Of a DNA stretch of 32,000 nt, positions 9,407-19,163 are shown piece after piece. The notes beneath the pieces are model-generated. The model saw only the letters and a program-made list of their open reading frames with translations. It made no database searches and had not been told where the DNA came from. Source of the stretch: Fastidiosibacter lacustris (lineage in GTDB: Bacteria > Pseudomonadota > Gammaproteobacteria > Francisellales > Francisellaceae). The DNA is taken from the NCBI RefSeq assembly GCF_003428155.1, contig NZ_QLIR01000012.1, positions 20,498 through 52,497 on the forward strand. The letters are read 5' to 3'. A program made the translations under genes and the position numbers. Position 1 is the first letter of the stretch. Each line of letters opens with the position of its first letter.

Positions 9407-10143
9407 TGTTATTTTTATTATTTTCATTATTTTTTTTGTTTCTATTCTTTTTATTCTTTTTATTAACGACACTATCTAGCCAGTTCAGACAATTAAAAAG
9501 CGTAAACCGTTCTGTTGTCGGTGTTTTAAAACGCCTGATAGGTATGTCTGCACTATTGGGATTAGTCTCAATTAGTTGGGCAAATTTATCCACTGATAGT
9601 GTCTTTTTAAAAACCCAGTCAGCACGCCATACTCAATCTGTGAATAGCCAGAATATGCAGCAAACATCTTCTGACGTGATGATTGCTAAGCAGCAACCAC
9701 GACAGATAGATAAAGCATTACAAGTAGATGGAGTAAACGAGGTAAAAGAGGTAAAAGAAAGTAAAGAGGCTAAAGCAAAGACATTGATTGGGCAATTGGC
9801 ACAGTCAGGCTATGCCTTGATATTTTTCTTTCACTCTAGCTGTGGGCATTGTCATCAGTTTGCACCGATCGTAAAGTCGGTATCTACTAAGTATGGGTTT
9901 TATGTGTTTGACTTTAGTTTTGACAACCAAGGATTGCCAAGTTTCCCCACCCCTGCAACAGTGACCCAAGCAATTTACCGCGCCTATTACGGCAATGCTA
10001 AGCCATTTTATCCTGTGCTGATTTTACAAAACGTCAACACGATGGAATTTTATGTGGTGGCACAAGGGAACATTCCAGAGAGGTTATTAGAGCAACATCT
10101 GAATCAATATGCTAAGGAGTTGTTACGTGATCATTCTCTCTAA
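9406..10143 (+). CDS. trbB: TrbB, thioredoxin-family disulfide isomerase of F-type T4SS
   Basis: CxxC motif in FFFHSSCGHCHQFAPIV matches the F TrbB motif as recalled. The start at 9406 overlaps the traF stop (TAATG) and follows GGGAGGA. The first ~45 codons are an odd F/L-rich run encoded by a T-rich tract. The alternative start ATG 9544 gives a normal signal peptide (MSALLGLVSISWA). Confidence 0.8.
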   Translation: MLFLLFSLFFLFLFFLFFLLTTLSSQFRQLKSVNRSVVGVLKRLIGMSALLGLVSISWANLSTDSVFLKTQSARHTQSVNSQNMQQTSSDVMIAKQQPRQIDKALQVDGVNEVKEVKESKEAKAKTLIGQLAQSGYALIFFFHSSCGHCHQFAPIVKSVSTKYGFYVFDFSFDNQGLPSFPTPATVTQAIYRAYYGNAKPFYPVLILQNVNTMEFYVVAQGNIPERLLEQHLNQYAKELLRDHSL

Positions 10144-11623
10144 ATTATTTTATCGTTTTTATACATTTTATAAACAAATAAAGCGTAAACGCTCAAATCA
10201 TTTTGTTATTGTTTTGATTGCTTTGATGCGTTGGAGTATATTATCTTTCACGATGAGCCATTTGGCTTATGCTAGCTTTGCTGAAAGTTTAAATACCTAC
10301 GCCAATGAAATTGGTTATGCCAATGTCACAGGTGCCACTGCGGCAATGACGCAATCAGGTGGGCATTTTTCAGCAGGCAGTGGTTACATTGCCACACCTG
10401 TTAAACAAATTCAGCTTGCTCATGTGCAAATGCCTAATATCAGTGCCAGTTGTTCAGGGATTGATTGGACAGTCGGTGGCATGAGTTTTATCAACTCTGA
10501 AAAATTAACACAGTTTGGGCAAGCCATTGTACAAAGTGCAGTACCTTTTTCGATTGATTTAGCCTTGCAAACATGGGCACCACAAATCGCAGCGCTTAAA
10601 GGTAAGTTTGAAGCGATTGCCAATGCAATTAATAATTTAAACATTAGTTCCTGTCAGGCAGCCCAACTGGCTGTTGGTGCAGTGTCAGGGTCATTTATGG
10701 AGGGTAAGGGTAAGGAATATCTGTGCCAATCCTATAAGGCGCAAAATAGTCGTGCATCGGGTTGGCTTGCCAGTCAGCAAGGCTGTAGTAACACGGCCGA
10801 TGCCGCAGCAGCGAATCAGGCAGCTAAAAATGATCCTAACCTTGATCATTTGATTAAGCAAGACCGTAATATTGTGTGGTATCAACTGATGAAAAATGAC
10901 TTTTTACAAAAAAATCCTGAGGTGGCTGAATACTTAATGTCGATGACAGGCACCATTATTTATCCACCTATAGATAGCAGTGGACAGATGAAACCTGATC
11001 GTCGATCGCCTTTGATGATTGACAGTAAAACCGCAGGCTTTAACGAGTTGTTATTTGGCACCAGCACCAATAGCAAAATAGACGTGTATCGATGTGATGA
11101 TCGTAACCAAGAAAAATGCCGAAATCCAAGCACTGTAAAACTCAATATTCCTAAAAATAAGGCATTAGTACCTAAAATCACCACGATATTAGAAAGCATG
11201 GGGCAGAAGTTTATCAATGATACCAAGTTATCCTCCGAGGAAGAAAACTTAATCAATGCGGTTAACTTTCCGTTACTTGCCATTATTCACGCAGAAATTC
11301 GCGCAGGATGGGTGCCTGAGTATAACCTCTATGCCGATATTGTCAGTCGTATTGTGCTATCAAGTTATATTGGGCAAATTATCCATCAAGCGATGGCTGC
11401 GATTATTCATAATCCATCAGCATCCTCGGATGAAGACTTTAAATGGATTCGTGAGAATCTACAGAATGCACAACGCTTAATCGTGGGGCAATATCAAACA
11501 CAAGCATATCGTGCTTTGCAACAGAAATCAGAAATGGTGATGCGTGGCATACAGGTTCAACATTCTGTGGTCGGTGATCTCTCGGCACAGACAAAACAAA
11601 ATTACGCTTTTACTACTTTTTAG
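10127..11623 (+). CDS. traH: TraH, type-F pilus assembly protein
   Basis: Blocks MPNISASCSGIDWTVGGMSFINSEKLTQF and NISSCQAAQ match F TraH LPDINAGCGGIDAYLGSFSFINGEQLQRF and NLSSCQAAQ as recalled. In-frame GTG 10127 sits 7 nt after AAGGAG; the track ATG 10109 has no SD. Confidence 0.9.
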   Translation: MIILSKLFYRFYTFYKQIKRKRSNHFVIVLIALMRWSILSFTMSHLAYASFAESLNTYANEIGYANVTGATAAMTQSGGHFSAGSGYIATPVKQIQLAHVQMPNISASCSGIDWTVGGMSFINSEKLTQFGQAIVQSAVPFSIDLALQTWAPQIAALKGKFEAIANAINNLNISSCQAAQLAVGAVSGSFMEGKGKEYLCQSYKAQNSRASGWLASQQGCSNTADAAAANQAAKNDPNLDHLIKQDRNIVWYQLMKNDFLQKNPEVAEYLMSMTGTIIYPPIDSSGQMKPDRRSPLMIDSKTAGFNELLFGTSTNSKIDVYRCDDRNQEKCRNPSTVKLNIPKNKALVPKITTILESMGQKFINDTKLSSEEENLINAVNFPLLAIIHAEIRAGWVPEYNLYADIVSRIVLSSYIGQIIHQAMAAIIHNPSASSDEDFKWIRENLQNAQRLIVGQYQTQAYRALQQKSEMVMRGIQVQHSVVGDLSAQTKQNYAFTTF

Positions 11624-11650
11624 CACTTTTACTCTGTTTGGAGGGATACA

Positions 11651-14551
11651 ATGTTAGATATTTGGGTTACATCACAATCGGGTGTGATGAAAACGGTACT
11701 TGATGGTATTGCTGCCTTTTTTAATCAAAATGGTGGTGAGCTATTATTATACTTGGTGACAGCCGTTGGCTTTTTGGTGGTATTGTTAAAATACCTTGAA
11801 AAGCCCGATGTCAAACAAGCCTTAACGTGGTTTATTATTGTGGCTGTTATTCCTGTCACTTTAATTAATCCTCGTGAAAAAGTCACCATTCATGATACAA
11901 CAAGCACGTTAGAACAGCATGCAGTTGACAATGTGCCTTTAGGCTTAGCCTATCCGTTATCGATTATCACCAGTGTGATGTATAGTGTGACCAAAACGCT
12001 TGAAGATGCAATGCATGTTCCTACGGATATTGCCTATGCCACCACAGGGATGATTTATGCGTCAAAGCTCTTTAAAGAGATGAAGAGTGTTCAGCCTGAC
12101 CCTGATTTAATGAGCCAATGGTCACAGTTTATCTATATGTGTATTGACCCTAATGTTCGTGTGCGTCATCGCTATACGTATAAACAGTTATTTGATGCAC
12201 CTGATATGATGAGCTTTTTGAAAAGTAACACCAAGGATGGCTCGAATCATATTTACGTACCGAAAGTTAAAAAAGCAACGTCTACAACGAGTCCCAATGA
12301 CATTTTTGCGCCAAAGGATGAAACATCATCTACTAATCCCAAAGATGACTGGGTTGGATGTAAAACAGCGCTGACACGTTTAGAGGAAGCTTATAAGCAT
12401 TCTATGGCATGGAACTTTAAAACGATGGGCGCACTTGACCCATTAGATAAGGTTAAAGATGCCACGGCCATTGAAAAAGATATCCAAGGGGTGTATGGGT
12501 ATTTTTATAAACTATCAGGTACATCACAGGAAATGATGATGCAGAATCTCATGATTAATGCGACTAAAAACGGATTAAGCAATATTGCTGCACAAAAAAA
12601 TCAGATGGCTGCGGGATTAAACTATGCGCAAACGCAAAATGAAATGAACTCAACCAGTACATGGGCAACGATAGGCATGATGGCGCAGGAATATACCCCT
12701 ATGGTGCAAACCATTCTGTTAATGCTAATGTGCTGTGCGTTTATTCCGATGATTTACATCGCAATGTTTCCGACCTTTACCTATAGCGTCTTGAGTAAAT
12801 ATATAGGAAGTTTGCTATGGATAACCAGTTGGGGTGTGTTCTATGTGTTTATCAACTTTATCATGACAGCATTTATGAAGTATCGGCTAAATGCCTTTAC
12901 CGATATTTATGGCGGTATTACGATGTCGAACATTGATGCCGTGGCAAGTTTAACCAGTCGTTATGTGACGTTAACAGGGTCATTCCTTATTTTTACGCCT
13001 TACTTAGCACGATTGGTCGTATTGGGGGCTGCCAACACGATAAGTGGCTTGGTAACGTCAATCTCATCAGGCATTACCTCGAATGCACAAGCATCAGCCA
13101 GAGGGGTTGCCACAGGTGACTATAATTTGTTTAGCACGAATGTTGCCAATCACAGTGCTAATAATGCCAGTTTCAACAAACATAACTTTGATCGTGAGGA
13201 TCGCTTTGGCAATGAATCACGATCCAACTTGCAAGGCGGGATTGAAAGTGTTGATGCGATGGGCAATCGATATCGCGATAACCGTGTATCTAATTTAGCC
13301 ACGCAGATTTCCAAAAACGAAGCAATCACAGCAGGACTAAATGAGGGCTTTAACAGCCACCTATCCAATGCCTATTCAGAAAGTCAGCAGGCACAACAGT
13401 CTTGGAATACTACTTTAAGCAGACTGGCAAGTGTTAATGATAATGAGGTAATGCGACAGTCAAGGCAAGCCAGTCAAGGAAATACTGAGAATATGTCGAC
13501 TGATCAGGCGTATGCGAATATGGTTGATTATGCGCATAGGTTTGGAAAGGATGAGATTAAATCATTTATAAATGGAATAGCTTTGCAAGAGGGTGGGAGC
13601 GTTTCATTTGGTGGCAAAATACCATTTACTAAAATTGGTGCAGAGGGGCATGCAAGCTTAAACTTTAATCAGTCATGGAGCAATGCAACCAATAACACAT
13701 CGTCGATGAGTGCAGCCGACCAAGAAACTTTTAGAAAGTCTTACAACAAATTAATTCAAGCTTCACAATCTGAAATTGCCAGCGTAGAATCGCATTTCGG
13801 TGTTGATAAAAGCAATTCGATACAATCAAGTCTTACTGAAACCGAAACGCATAGTCAAAATGCAGCCAATGAGTATCGTTTGGCAATGGATTATCAAAAA
13901 GCAGCTAACTATGCTGAAACGAATGGCTCATCGGTGAATTACAATGATATACCTCAGTTTGAGTCATGGTTAAATAAAAAGGTAGGTTCTGATCAAGCAA
14001 GCTATTATCTCAATAGCCCACAACAGCAAGGCAGTGCTGAGTTTAAAAATCTCGTGCATAACTATCAGCAAGATTCAGCAGATCAGTTTAAACAAGAGTT
14101 TCTTGCTAACAAAGCGCAAATTGAGTCATCGACAGGTGCACAAATTCAACATAATTCTGATGTAAAAGTTGCTGGTTTAAGTGATATTAATAGCGCCTAC
14201 CAAACCAATAACAATAAGGTGGCTAATCAGTACGGTCAAAGCAAATCTGGTTTTGAAAATTGCGTTAATGATATGGATCAGAATGTTGCCAACAAAGCGG
14301 TTAGAGAAACTTTGGGGCAATATGGGTTGAAAGGCAATACCTTTAGCGCTGACAATCCATCAAGCTTTAATCGGCAAATGGTTATTCCACCGAAGATGAA
14401 TATATCCGTGGATGCGCAAGGTCAGGATTTACGTTCAAGGGCGGATGCTTTGAAGTCGGAGGTGATGAATAACAAAATGACTAACTTAGAACGCGCAAAA
14501 CGTGATCCGAATATAAAAAATAATCCAATGATGCCCATTTGGCTGCAATAG
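11651..14551 (+). CDS. traG: TraG (F-type), mating-pair stabilisation / entry-exclusion target
   Basis: 966 aa. The N-terminal half is polytopic membrane and the C-terminal half is hydrophilic and Q/N/S-rich, as in F TraG (~940 aa). SD GGAGGG. Position after traH. Confidence 0.9.
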   Translation: MLDIWVTSQSGVMKTVLDGIAAFFNQNGGELLLYLVTAVGFLVVLLKYLEKPDVKQALTWFIIVAVIPVTLINPREKVTIHDTTSTLEQHAVDNVPLGLAYPLSIITSVMYSVTKTLEDAMHVPTDIAYATTGMIYASKLFKEMKSVQPDPDLMSQWSQFIYMCIDPNVRVRHRYTYKQLFDAPDMMSFLKSNTKDGSNHIYVPKVKKATSTTSPNDIFAPKDETSSTNPKDDWVGCKTALTRLEEAYKHSMAWNFKTMGALDPLDKVKDATAIEKDIQGVYGYFYKLSGTSQEMMMQNLMINATKNGLSNIAAQKNQMAAGLNYAQTQNEMNSTSTWATIGMMAQEYTPMVQTILLMLMCCAFIPMIYIAMFPTFTYSVLSKYIGSLLWITSWGVFYVFINFIMTAFMKYRLNAFTDIYGGITMSNIDAVASLTSRYVTLTGSFLIFTPYLARLVVLGAANTISGLVTSISSGITSNAQASARGVATGDYNLFSTNVANHSANNASFNKHNFDREDRFGNESRSNLQGGIESVDAMGNRYRDNRVSNLATQISKNEAITAGLNEGFNSHLSNAYSESQQAQQSWNTTLSRLASVNDNEVMRQSRQASQGNTENMSTDQAYANMVDYAHRFGKDEIKSFINGIALQEGGSVSFGGKIPFTKIGAEGHASLNFNQSWSNATNNTSSMSAADQETFRKSYNKLIQASQSEIASVESHFGVDKSNSIQSSLTETETHSQNAANEYRLAMDYQKAANYAETNGSSVNYNDIPQFESWLNKKVGSDQASYYLNSPQQQGSAEFKNLVHNYQQDSADQFKQEFLANKAQIESSTGAQIQHNSDVKVAGLSDINSAYQTNNNKVANQYGQSKSGFENCVNDMDQNVANKAVRETLGQYGLKGNTFSADNPSSFNRQMVIPPKMNISVDAQGQDLRSRADALKSEVMNNKMTNLERAKRDPNIKNNPMMPIWLQ

Positions 14552-14553
14552 TG

Positions 14554-14967
14554 TCAGGATTGAAGCTTAAAATGCTTAGACATAAATTGTTTTATGGCAG
14601 GCATACCTGCTTTATAAGCACAATAGTATGATGCAATAATACAGGAAATAAGAAATATAAAGAATATTGGAGCAAATGCGTAAGCGGTTTGTACAGCAGT
14701 TCTTACATCTGTCAAAAAGATGTTAGCTAGAATAATTGCTAAAACAACAGTGAGCATGGCAAGTAATATAAAAGCAATATATCCAAATGCCCATTTTTTC
14801 TGTTCTTCCGTAAAAGTCAGCTTATCTTCTTCAGCTTTAACCACTTTGACTGCAACTGGTTCTTGGGAGGATTGTCTTTCTTCTTTCATAAAATCCATCA
14901 TTTCTTTTGCCAATTCAGGATTTGTTTCAGCTATTTTTAATAATCTTTCTTTTTGATTGTCATTCAT
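14554..14967 (-). CDS. Small two-TM inner-membrane protein at the traS (entry exclusion) position, on the opposite strand
   Basis: ATG at 14967 lies 7 nt downstream of GGGAG; the track start at 15006 is a TTG without SD. 137 aa with a hydrophilic N-terminus and two TM segments (WAFGYIAFILLAMLTVVLAIILANIFL, AYAFAPIFFIFLISCIIASYYCAY). Its stop codon is 2 nt from the traG stop. I saw no sequence similarity to F TraS. Confidence 0.55.
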   Translation of the reverse strand: MNDNQKERLLKIAETNPELAKEMMDFMKEERQSSQEPVAVKVVKAEEDKLTFTEEQKKWAFGYIAFILLAMLTVVLAIILANIFLTDVRTAVQTAYAFAPIFFIFLISCIIASYYCAYKAGMPAIKQFMSKHFKLQS

Positions 14968-15042
14968 TGTCAAACTCCCTTTAAATATCAGTTTTGCTTG
15001 CAGCAACTTAGCATATTTATAGGATTATTTCAACAACAATCA

Positions 15043-15071
15043 ATGACAAGTCAAATAGTCAAATAGCTAAT
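15043..15071 (+). promoter_or_regulatory. Candidate sigma70 promoter for traT (ATGACA-17-GCTAAT) overlapping a 2 x 8-nt tandem repeat GTCAAATA (15050-15065)
   Basis: Hexamers and spacing read directly. Located in the divergent intergenic region between the traS-position gene and traT. Not experimentally supported. Confidence 0.3.
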
Positions 15072-15107
15072 CATTTGTTTCAACCAACCACAAAAGGACG
15101 ATAAAAA

Positions 15108-15866
15108 GTGAAAAAATCACACATCATTAAAACAACCACAAGCTTAACTCTGGCAGTGACTCTTCTAACGCTCAGTGGCTGTGCTGCAATTTCAACAGCG
15201 ATTAAAAACAGACATTTAAAAGTCGAATCAAAAATGTCTGATAGCATATTTTTGGAGCCAGTAGCGGATAATGAAAAAACCATTTATGTGCAAGTCAAAA
15301 GCACATTAAGTGAAAACTTTGATGGCTTAAAAGAAAAACTAATCCAAGATTTTCAACAAAATGGCTGGACAGTAGTTAATGATCTTGCCAAAGCACATGA
15401 TATGGTACAGATTAATGTGTTACAAATGTGGCAAGCGAAAAATCAAGCCTCCGCTTGGGGTGCGCTTAACAGTGGCTTTGGTGGAGATATTTTAACAGGT
15501 GGTTTAATGGGATTAGCCACGGGCTATGCGACAGGTTCAGTGGGCGCAGGTATTGGTGTCGGTGCAATAGCATCTGGCGTGTCATTTTTGACAAATTCAC
15601 TTATTGAAAATGTATATTTCTCAATGATCAGTGATATTCAGGTATCGGTTAGAGCTAAAGACGGACAGGTCACACAAACAACGCAATCAAGTCTATCACA
15701 AGGCACGCAAAGTAAGGTATCACAAACCTATCAGCAATCATCTGATTGGATCAGGTATCGCACACGGATTGTGTCAGTAGCAAATCAAGTCAATTTAAAG
15801 TTTGAAGAAGCTAAGCCTGAGCTACAGGCACAAGTAGCAAAACAAGTCAGTGGTATATGGGGGTAA
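15108..15866 (+). CDS. traT: TraT surface-exclusion / serum-resistance outer-membrane lipoprotein
   Basis: GTG start. Lipobox LTLSGC. Strong collinear match to F TraT as recalled ([29 protein letters not shown] vs [49 protein letters not shown] vs [20 protein letters not shown]). Confidence 0.93.
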   Translation: [252 protein letters not shown]

Positions 15867-15872
15867 GAAACA

Positions 15873-17879
15873 ATGATCCCTAAAAAAATAAAGTCGTTTA
15901 TCCGCGGCACGCAGATATTTTTTTATAATTTAGCGATGTTTTTTCAGAGCATGAAGCGTATTGGGCTATGGGCAATTGTCGTCTATATCTGCCTATTTAT
16001 TGTTTTAATGTTTATATTGACGACCAAGGCAGATGTTAAAACCTTAGCGATGCAAATATGGTCAAATATGCTTAATGCTATTGGGTTTGGTGAAGTTGTT
16101 GTTGCTAATGATGCCGTTAATGGCAGCTCGTATACTGCGGCAAGAATTGCTCATGATCCCATTGATCAGGTCTATTTTACACGCGCCTTACAACGATTTA
16201 TCACACATGCCATTATTTCGGCGTTGATTGGTGGTTTTTTATATTTGCTTGCAATGGCATTTTTTATCCGTGCGTTTGTTAAAAAGGGCGATAAAAACAG
16301 TCTTGATCAGTTTGTATCAGGTACATTTTTAGCTAAGCAGGAGAAGCAAACGATTAAGTCAGTCAACCAGTCTAAAGAGGGGGCAGGTGATATTATGATT
16401 GCAAATAAACTGCCATTGCCTAGACTCTCAGAGCGACAGGGCATTTTGATTCATGGTTCAATTGGTACAGGTAAAACGCAAGTGATTATGTATTTATTGG
16501 ATGAGATTAGACGTGCTGGTGATGTGGCTATTGTTTACGATAAAGAATGTACTCTCAAGCCCTATTTTTTTAATGAAGCGACCGATAAAGAGTTAAACCC
16601 CTTATCGGTATTGTGTGAAAATTGGGATATTTGGAAAGAGTGTAAAACACCGATTGAAATGGGGGCTTTAGCCACCTATTTAATGCCAAAAGCAGTCCAA
16701 GGTAGCGACCCCTTTTGGGTCGATGCAGCACGTACTATTTTTGCCAGCGTGGCATGGAAGATGCGTCATCAGCCCGATAGAAATGTCATCAAGTTGCTTC
16801 AAGTTTTATTAACCACCTCATTAGATGAGTTGCGTGGCATATTAAAGGGTACAGAAGCAGAAAACTTAGTGTCCAAAGATATTGAAAAAACAGCTATTTC
16901 GATCCGTGCGGTGATGGCTACCTATACCAAATCATTACGATTTTTAGAGGGCTTAAATAAAGATGAATTAAAAAAATCAAACAAAGTAAGAAAAGCAAAA
17001 AAATCAAAAGAACCGTTTGCGATTTGTGACTGGATACAAGAGCAGGCTACCAATCAGACTCAGCAAAAAGGCTGGCTGTTTGTAACCTCACGTGCTAATT
17101 TTCATGCAGAGATTAAACCACTCATTTCTGCATGGTTAGGCATGGCACTCAAATCGATTCAATCGTTACAACCAAATTCAAGCAGACGCGTCTGGGTGAT
17201 TATGGATGAAAAAGCGAGTTTAAATCGACTGGAGGGCTTTTCTGATATTGCTGCGGATATTCGAAAGTTTGGCGGCTGTGTGGTATTAGGATTGCAAAGT
17301 CATTCGCAAGTCAATTTTATCTATGGGCGTGATGAGGCAACTGCAATTACTGATAATATGAACACCAGTGTTTATTTTAGATCACCGAAAAAGCAAGTGG
17401 CTGAATGGGTATCGCAAGACTTGGGTGAGCATGTTTTAGAAGAAATCAGGGAAAGTCAGTCCTATGGTCCCAATACGATACGTGATGGGAATACCATAGC
17501 CAGACAACGTGTCACCAGAAGAACGGTCGATACTGGCACTATTATGAACCTTGAAAATTTAAACTGTTATGTGCGATTAGCTGGGAATCATCCGATTACC
17601 AGATTGACTATTGATTATAAGGAGCGTAAACCATTATTGGAACAACCGCTGATAGAACGCGCCATTGATTATGATGCGATTGAAAAGGTCGCAATGGAAG
17701 CCTTGAAAGCGGAAAGCAATCCTGAGCGTGATGAGGCAGTTAAGGTCGAGCAGAAAGTTAATCAAGTCAATGATAAGGTTGGGCGTAATGCCAACGTTGT
17801 AGATGGAATGGAAACAGAAGATCATCAAGCACATCAAGTTAAAAAACAGGAAAGCACATACATATTTCATCAGTTATGA
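15873..17879 (+). CDS. traD: TraD, type IV coupling protein (VirD4/FtsK-like ATPase)
   Basis: Two N-terminal TM segments, Walker A GSIGTGKTQ and a Walker B-like VWVIMDE. 668 aa. Follows traT as in F. Confidence 0.93.
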   Translation: MIPKKIKSFIRGTQIFFYNLAMFFQSMKRIGLWAIVVYICLFIVLMFILTTKADVKTLAMQIWSNMLNAIGFGEVVVANDAVNGSSYTAARIAHDPIDQVYFTRALQRFITHAIISALIGGFLYLLAMAFFIRAFVKKGDKNSLDQFVSGTFLAKQEKQTIKSVNQSKEGAGDIMIANKLPLPRLSERQGILIHGSIGTGKTQVIMYLLDEIRRAGDVAIVYDKECTLKPYFFNEATDKELNPLSVLCENWDIWKECKTPIEMGALATYLMPKAVQGSDPFWVDAARTIFASVAWKMRHQPDRNVIKLLQVLLTTSLDELRGILKGTEAENLVSKDIEKTAISIRAVMATYTKSLRFLEGLNKDELKKSNKVRKAKKSKEPFAICDWIQEQATNQTQQKGWLFVTSRANFHAEIKPLISAWLGMALKSIQSLQPNSSRRVWVIMDEKASLNRLEGFSDIAADIRKFGGCVVLGLQSHSQVNFIYGRDEATAITDNMNTSVYFRSPKKQVAEWVSQDLGEHVLEEIRESQSYGPNTIRDGNTIARQRVTRRTVDTGTIMNLENLNCYVRLAGNHPITRLTIDYKERKPLLEQPLIERAIDYDAIEKVAMEALKAESNPERDEAVKVEQKVNQVNDKVGRNANVVDGMETEDHQAHQVKKQESTYIFHQL

Positions 17880-18011
17880 TATGGCGATTGTAGAGCAAAT
17901 GATTATTATTGTTCAACAGGCATTATCTTGTATTAGAAACAGCAATGTAAGGCTTGTATTTAAAGGCATTGCAGTATATTTTATCAATACAAACTCAAAA
18001 GGAGTGATCAA

Positions 18012-18323
18012 ATGGCTAAGAAAAAAGACATTAAAAGTTATAAAAAAGATGAATTTGTGAGTTTAGTTGCAGAAAAAATGAATACAACCAAAGACACGGC
18101 TAATAGATCAGTTGATGCCTTTATTGAAGCGGTCACAGATATTGTCAAAAACGGTGATTCGGTTAATTTCATTGGCTTTGGCAAGTTTAGTGTGGGTGAA
18201 CGTGCAGCGTGAAGACAAAGAAACGAAGTAAAAGCCATACGAGCCATAAAAGCAGTGGAAGCAATCGCAACAAAAGGAATAAAAGGAATGATCTTTTCGA
18301 GTTTTCAAGCGCACTTGATTTGA
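18012..18323 (+). pseudogene. HU/IHF-family DNA-binding protein gene interrupted by an in-frame TGA at 18210-18212 (the 66-aa product would lack the beta-arm)
   Basis: Good SD (aaaaggagtgatcaaATG). Residues 1-66 fit the HU body (DEFVSLVAEKMNTTKDTANRSVDAFIEAVTDIVKNGDSVNFIGFGKFSVGERAA). The stop falls where HU proteins have Arg (ERAAR-xGRNP). The same frame stays open for 36 more codons (RQRNEVKAIRAIKAVEAI...) and ends in a TGATG overlap with the next in-frame ATG at 18323. The extension only weakly resembles an HU arm. Confidence 0.55.
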
Positions 18324-19159
18324 TGTTAGCGGGACATGATCAGGTGATTGGCTCAGATTTTATTATGCGTAAGCGTGACACGTTAAATGCTGACATTGGT
18401 CATTTAAACCCAGATGACTTAAATACTTACGACCAAGCTTATATTGAACGCTTAATTCACTGTCAAGCTAAGGAATGTCTTACCATTCCAACGGATGTTG
18501 AGTTGCAGCGTTTGTCTAATGAATATACGAAACAGCGAGAGGTTTTATCTGCTTATCATGATGAAGTCGTTGATATTATGATCGATTATGACACCGAAGC
18601 TGCTAAAGAGTTGGGTAATTTTGACCCCTACATTGATAAAGTGGTCATTCGTAATCAAGCTGAAATGAATTTTTTCTATGACTATATTACCTTGTATCGA
18701 ACAGTAAAAAATAAACGTGTGATTATTGACTGGAGAGAAGCTCACCCTGATGCAGTTAATCAGAACAATAGGCAGGTTGTTACAGCACTTGAACAGGCGC
18801 GGTTTGCCATATTGCGATTAGATGAGAATTTAGCACATGGCGGTATTAGAGTTACAGATATGATTACCCAGAAAGAAAGCTTATTAATTGATAAAGCACT
18901 CAATCGTTCACGTAAAGAGGGTATGTTTTTTATTTGCTCATTATTAACAATGGGTAAATATGTGATGACAAGTGGTGGCGGTGTTCCTGTTGACCCCAAA
19001 GCCGCTGCGGGTAAATCTGCGCTAAGTCTGTCTCAACCTTATTTGGCACAATTACGTAATGCGCAATCAGTTATTGATGAAAATGTGCTGCAATGTGTCC
19101 GTAAGATATATGGACTTTGTTTGCGTGGTGGTGCCTTAAGTCATATTACGGTTCATTAA
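18323..19159 (+). CDS. Hypothetical protein (278 aa from ATG 18323; 316 aa if GTG 18209 is used)
   Basis: Long uninterrupted ORF, co-directional and tightly packed with the HU-like gene and rpn. I recognise no motif. The GTG 18209 form adds a very basic tail (KTKKRSKSHTSHKSSGSNRNKRNKRN). Confidence 0.6.
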   Translation: MLAGHDQVIGSDFIMRKRDTLNADIGHLNPDDLNTYDQAYIERLIHCQAKECLTIPTDVELQRLSNEYTKQREVLSAYHDEVVDIMIDYDTEAAKELGNFDPYIDKVVIRNQAEMNFFYDYITLYRTVKNKRVIIDWREAHPDAVNQNNRQVVTALEQARFAILRLDENLAHGGIRVTDMITQKESLLIDKALNRSRKEGMFFICSLLTMGKYVMTSGGGVPVDPKAAAGKSALSLSQPYLAQLRNAQSVIDENVLQCVRKIYGLCLRGGALSHITVH

Positions 19160-19163
19160 GTCG

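Noticed and set aside
9336-9593. 85-aa minus-strand ORF (K/N-rich) across the traF/trbB junction.
   Set aside because: It is the reverse complement of the T-rich tract and overlaps two conserved genes. The low-complexity translation is an artefact of the A/T run.
18200-18215. Programmed -1 frameshift fusing the HU-like ORF to the downstream 316-aa frame.
   Set aside because: There is no slippery heptamer at GCAGCGTGA and no obvious downstream stimulatory structure. A nonsense mutation with an ancestral TGATG coupling at 18321-18325 explains the layout better.
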